A stretch of 10,442 bases of DNA, taken from positions 1-10,442 of the forward strand of contig JANMKN010000356.1 of NCBI GenBank assembly GCA_031372065.1, read 5' to 3'. The notes beneath the pieces were generated by a model. That model saw only the letters and a list, made by a program, of their open reading frames with translations, was not told the origin of the DNA and ran no database searches. The position numbers and the translations under genes were made by a program. Positions within the stretch are counted from its first letter, which is position 1; the number at the start of each line of letters is the position of its first letter. This DNA comes from Abditibacteriaceae bacterium. GTDB taxonomy: Bacteria > Armatimonadota > Abditibacteriia > Abditibacteriales > Abditibacteriaceae. Shown here piece after piece: positions 7,771 through 10,442 of the stretch.

Positions 7771-7967
7771 GCGTGTTTTTGCGCCCCGAAAGGTCTTTGA
7801 CGGCGGGAAATGCGTTTTTTCGCTCCGAAAAAACGTTCCGCTCACGGGCGGAGCATTTTTCCGGAGCGAAAAAACTCTTCGCTCACGGGCGGGGCATTTT
7901 TCCGGAGCAAAAAAACTCTCCGCTCACGAGCGGGGCATTTTTCCGGAGCGAAAAAATGCCCCGCCCG
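7771..7967. repeat. 41-bp-period quasi-palindromic tandem repeat array (3 near-identical plus 2 diverged, inverted-core units)
   Basis: CGCTCACG(G/A)GCGG(A/G)GCATTTTTCCGGAGC(G/A)AAAAAA starts at 7839, 7880 and 7921. The GC-T-tract core recurs at 7771, 7812, 7853, 7894 and 7935, exactly 41 bp apart. Confidence 0.92.
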
Positions 7968-8170
7968 CCACGGGAGTAAAAGTTCGCCTCATTTTTCGCT
8001 TCGTCCACCGCTTTGCTACGCTGAGTGAGTCATGTGCTTCAATTGCCCGGCGGCTCATTGAGTTTGCAAGAAGGCTCATAGATAATTCGCAGGGCAAATG
8101 AAAATCTATGCACAATTTGCTTGTTGAGCCACTGCGCTTTGTTACCTTCTGGGCGAATCGTTGGCAGTTT

Positions 8171-8198
8171 TTGTATCTTTATAAGCACGTCTTATAAC
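8171..8198 (+). promoter_or_regulatory. Putative promoter with overlapping palindromic operator upstream of the membrane protein gene
   Basis: TTGTAT (8171-8176), 16 nt, TATAAC (8193-8198); overlapped by the inverted repeat TTATAAG-cacgt-CTTATAA (8179-8197). Confidence 0.4.
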
Positions 8199-8223
8199 TT
8201 TGTTGGTTTTTCAAGGGAAATTC

Positions 8224-10326
8224 ATGGCACAGGTTGGAGTGGAAACCAGCCCTTCGTCGTTGCCGTCGGCTTATGCTTTTGATCACGCGACAGCGGAAGC
8301 GGTTTCCGATAATCCGCGCGATCAAGGCGTCACTTTGCGCGTGGTCATTTTATCGCTGTTGTTAGCGGTGGTTTTCGGCTATGCGCTGCCGGTTATTGAT
8401 TACAAATTTCTCAATACCTTTTTAGGCGGCACGCATTTGCCGCCCGGCGCGATTGGCGTTTTGCTGATTTTACTGCTTGTCATCAATCCGTTGTTGCGCC
8501 TAATTTCTACAAAATGGCGGCTCTCGCGCAACGAGGCGCTTACGGTTTACATTACTTGTTTGTTTTCTTCGATGGTGCCGGGGCATGGTTCAGAAAACTT
8601 CACCATTCCCAACCTGTTGGCGCCGTTTTACTTTGCGACACCGGAAAACAAATGGCTCGAAATCTTGCAAGGTCATTTGCCGTATTGGTTGACTCCTGCG
8701 GTGAACGCTAACGGCAGCTTGAACAAGCCCATCTACGACAACTGGTTTCAAGGCTTATCCGGCCAATTTGCTTATTGGGGCGCGTGGACGTTGCCGCTCA
8801 TTTTTTGGGTGAGCTTTACTCTAATCTCCTATATGATGTTCGGCTGCCTCAGTGTGATGTTGCGCGCGCAATGGGCAGAACACGAAGCGTTGGCGTTTCC
8901 GCTGTTGCGATTGCCGCTGGAAATGACAGAAGACCTTGACCGCGATGAACTGAAACGAGGCGCCAAACGCTCAGTGCAAGGGTTTTTTCAAAACCCGCTG
9001 ATGTGGATTGGTTTTGCTATCGCCGCCATAATTCAGTTGCAGCGCGGCTTGAATTTGTATTATCCCGACGTGCCGAATTTTCCACTCGACATTAACATGG
9101 GGCCGCTTTTATCGGAGCCGCCGTGGAATCAGATTGGTTGGGTGCCGGTCAACATTTATTTCATCGTGATTGGCATCACCTTTTTGCTGACCAGCGAAGT
9201 CTCGTTTTCACTCTGGTTCTTCATGTGGTTTTTCAATTTTCAATTGATTGCGGCCTATTATCTCGGTTTCACGCCACAAGCGTTGCCGGGTTCGGGTGTA
9301 TTGCCGGATAAAATATTTCTCGGATTTCAACAGGCAGGTGCCTATTTCGCTTATGTCGCGCTGGTGATGTGGACGGCGCGCGACCATTTCAAGCACATCG
9401 CGCGGCGCGCTTTCAAACGCGAAGCCGCGCGGCCCAATGAAGCCAACGAAGCGATGTCTTATCCGGCGGCGTTTTGGGGTTTCGTTATCACGTTTGCCCT
9501 GATGGTTCTGATGTGCTGCGTGTCGGGCGTGCGCCTTGATGTGGCAATTGGTTTGTGGGTGATGTATTTAGTCTTCGCCATTGGGCTGACGCGCGTGGCC
9601 GTCGAAGGCGGAATGCTGGCGTTGCAACATCACTCTTTGCCGCTTGGCATCATCGCCAAACTCATCAATACCGGGCCGAGTGTGTGGCTGACCTACGAAA
9701 GCGGTGTGGTGCCTGCTTCGCTGTTTCAATCGGGTTTTACCTATCATATGCGCTGTTTCATCATGCCGGCCTATTTATATGGTTTGAAATTAGCGCATGA
9801 CCGCAAAATTGCCATGCGCAAACTGTGCGCGCTTGTCGCTGTGGTCATTTTGATTTCTACAGTTGTCAGTTGGCTGACGGTGGTAAAACTGGGCTACGAT
9901 AACGGCGCCTTGCAATTCGGTCATAAATGGTGGGCGACCAGCGGCCCCAGATCACCGGTGGATTTTGTGGACACTGTGTTGGCGAAACCCAAAAACGATC
10001 CGATTTCAACCAACTGGCTTTGGCTGGGCATCGGCGCGCTGTTGACTTACGGCATGATGGTGGCGCGCAGTCGAATGTTATGGTTTCCCTTTCACCCGAT
10101 GGGCTATTTGATGGGTTTAACTTATCCCACCAAAACGTTTTGGACTTCGATTTTCATCGGCTGGCTTTGCAAAGTCGTCATTACGCGCTACGGCGGCGTA
10201 GACTCGTATCGAAAAGCAATTCCGCTCTTCTTGGGTTTGGCTTTGGGCGATGTCGCCATGATGTTATTTTGGATTATCATTGATGGCTGGCAAGGCCGTA
10301 GCGGACACTTGCTCATGCCGGGATAG
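8224..10326 (+). CDS. Large polytopic membrane protein resembling the DUF6785 + DUF6784 family (possible transporter)
   Basis: 700 aa from ATG 8224 (AAGGGA upstream; the track's TTG 8200 is less likely). Many TM-like segments. Motifs PFYFATPENKW, LRAQWAEHEALAFPL, RVAVEGG, WFPFHPMGY, SIFIGWLCKVVITRYGG, PLFLGLALGD, which I recall from this DUF family. Family assignment is from memory, not from a search. Confidence 0.8.
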   Translation: MAQVGVETSPSSLPSAYAFDHATAEAVSDNPRDQGVTLRVVILSLLLAVVFGYALPVIDYKFLNTFLGGTHLPPGAIGVLLILLLVINPLLRLISTKWRLSRNEALTVYITCLFSSMVPGHGSENFTIPNLLAPFYFATPENKWLEILQGHLPYWLTPAVNANGSLNKPIYDNWFQGLSGQFAYWGAWTLPLIFWVSFTLISYMMFGCLSVMLRAQWAEHEALAFPLLRLPLEMTEDLDRDELKRGAKRSVQGFFQNPLMWIGFAIAAIIQLQRGLNLYYPDVPNFPLDINMGPLLSEPPWNQIGWVPVNIYFIVIGITFLLTSEVSFSLWFFMWFFNFQLIAAYYLGFTPQALPGSGVLPDKIFLGFQQAGAYFAYVALVMWTARDHFKHIARRAFKREAARPNEANEAMSYPAAFWGFVITFALMVLMCCVSGVRLDVAIGLWVMYLVFAIGLTRVAVEGGMLALQHHSLPLGIIAKLINTGPSVWLTYESGVVPASLFQSGFTYHMRCFIMPAYLYGLKLAHDRKIAMRKLCALVAVVILISTVVSWLTVVKLGYDNGALQFGHKWWATSGPRSPVDFVDTVLAKPKNDPISTNWLWLGIGALLTYGMMVARSRMLWFPFHPMGYLMGLTYPTKTFWTSIFIGWLCKVVITRYGGVDSYRKAIPLFLGLALGDVAMMLFWIIIDGWQGRSGHLLMPG

Positions 10327-10332
10327 GAATAG

Positions 10333-10442
10333 AACACGGCGGCTTCGCCGACACGGAAACGGCACGGATAAACACGGTTTTTAAGAAGATAGCGATTGTA
10401 AAATCTATCAACAATAATCTGTGCCCATCTGTGCCGTTTCCG
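10333..10442. repeat. Long imperfect inverted repeat with CACGG sub-repeats (REP/REPIN- or MITE-like; probably truncated by the window end)
   Basis: 10354-10380 CGGAAACGGCACGGATAAACACGGTTT matches the reverse complement of 10416-10442 (CGGAAACGGCACAGATGGGCACAGATT) at 21/27 positions, the first 12 perfectly. CACGG occurs four times in 10333-10377. Confidence 0.75.

Noticed and set aside
7666..7845. 60-aa N-terminal extension of the isomerase in the ORF track
   Set aside because: It begins inside the repeat array (FFRSEK) and crosses intergenic DNA; the domain begins at MKRNIPLG, which has a purine-rich SD-like sequence upstream.
7771..7967. CRISPR array interpretation of the 41-bp repeats
   Set aside because: The sequence between cores is near-identical from unit to unit (no unique spacers), the period is too short for repeat plus spacer, and no cas genes are in the window.
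7748..8115. Short ORFs on both strands with repeated FFRSEK / HFSGAKK peptides
   Set aside because: They are translations of a stop-poor repeat whose period (41) is not a multiple of 3, so the same peptides rotate through all frames; no convincing SD.
8161..8176. Possible sigma54 promoter TTGGCA...TTG
   Set aside because: The required GG-N10-GC spacing is not met (positions 8175-8176 are AT).

Overview
Bacterial chromosomal window. Most of it (minus strand) is a housekeeping cluster: frr, a small PASTA-like ORF, uppS, a membrane ORF in the usual cdsA position, dxr, rseP, ispG, and a Uma2/DUF820-family nuclease gene that runs off the left edge. A sugar-phosphate isomerase/epimerase (TIM barrel) gene lies upstream of frr, where pyrH usually sits. 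A ~560 bp divergent intergenic region holds a 41-bp-period quasi-palindromic repeat array and an operator-like palindrome. After it come a ~700 aa polytopic membrane protein (resembling DUF6785/DUF6784) on the plus strand and a long imperfect inverted repeat cut by the right edge. The most notable observation is the gene in the cdsA slot: it has CdsA-like length and a decayed CdsA C-terminal motif (LIPRRGTLLDRFV vs LIPGHGGxLDRxD) but lacks the catalytic signature. Next are the 41-bp array with a flipped core and an anti-SD/decoy-SD/SD arrangement in the frr leader. All family calls come from motif recognition by eye; no searches were run. I found no clear-cut novel multi-gene system.
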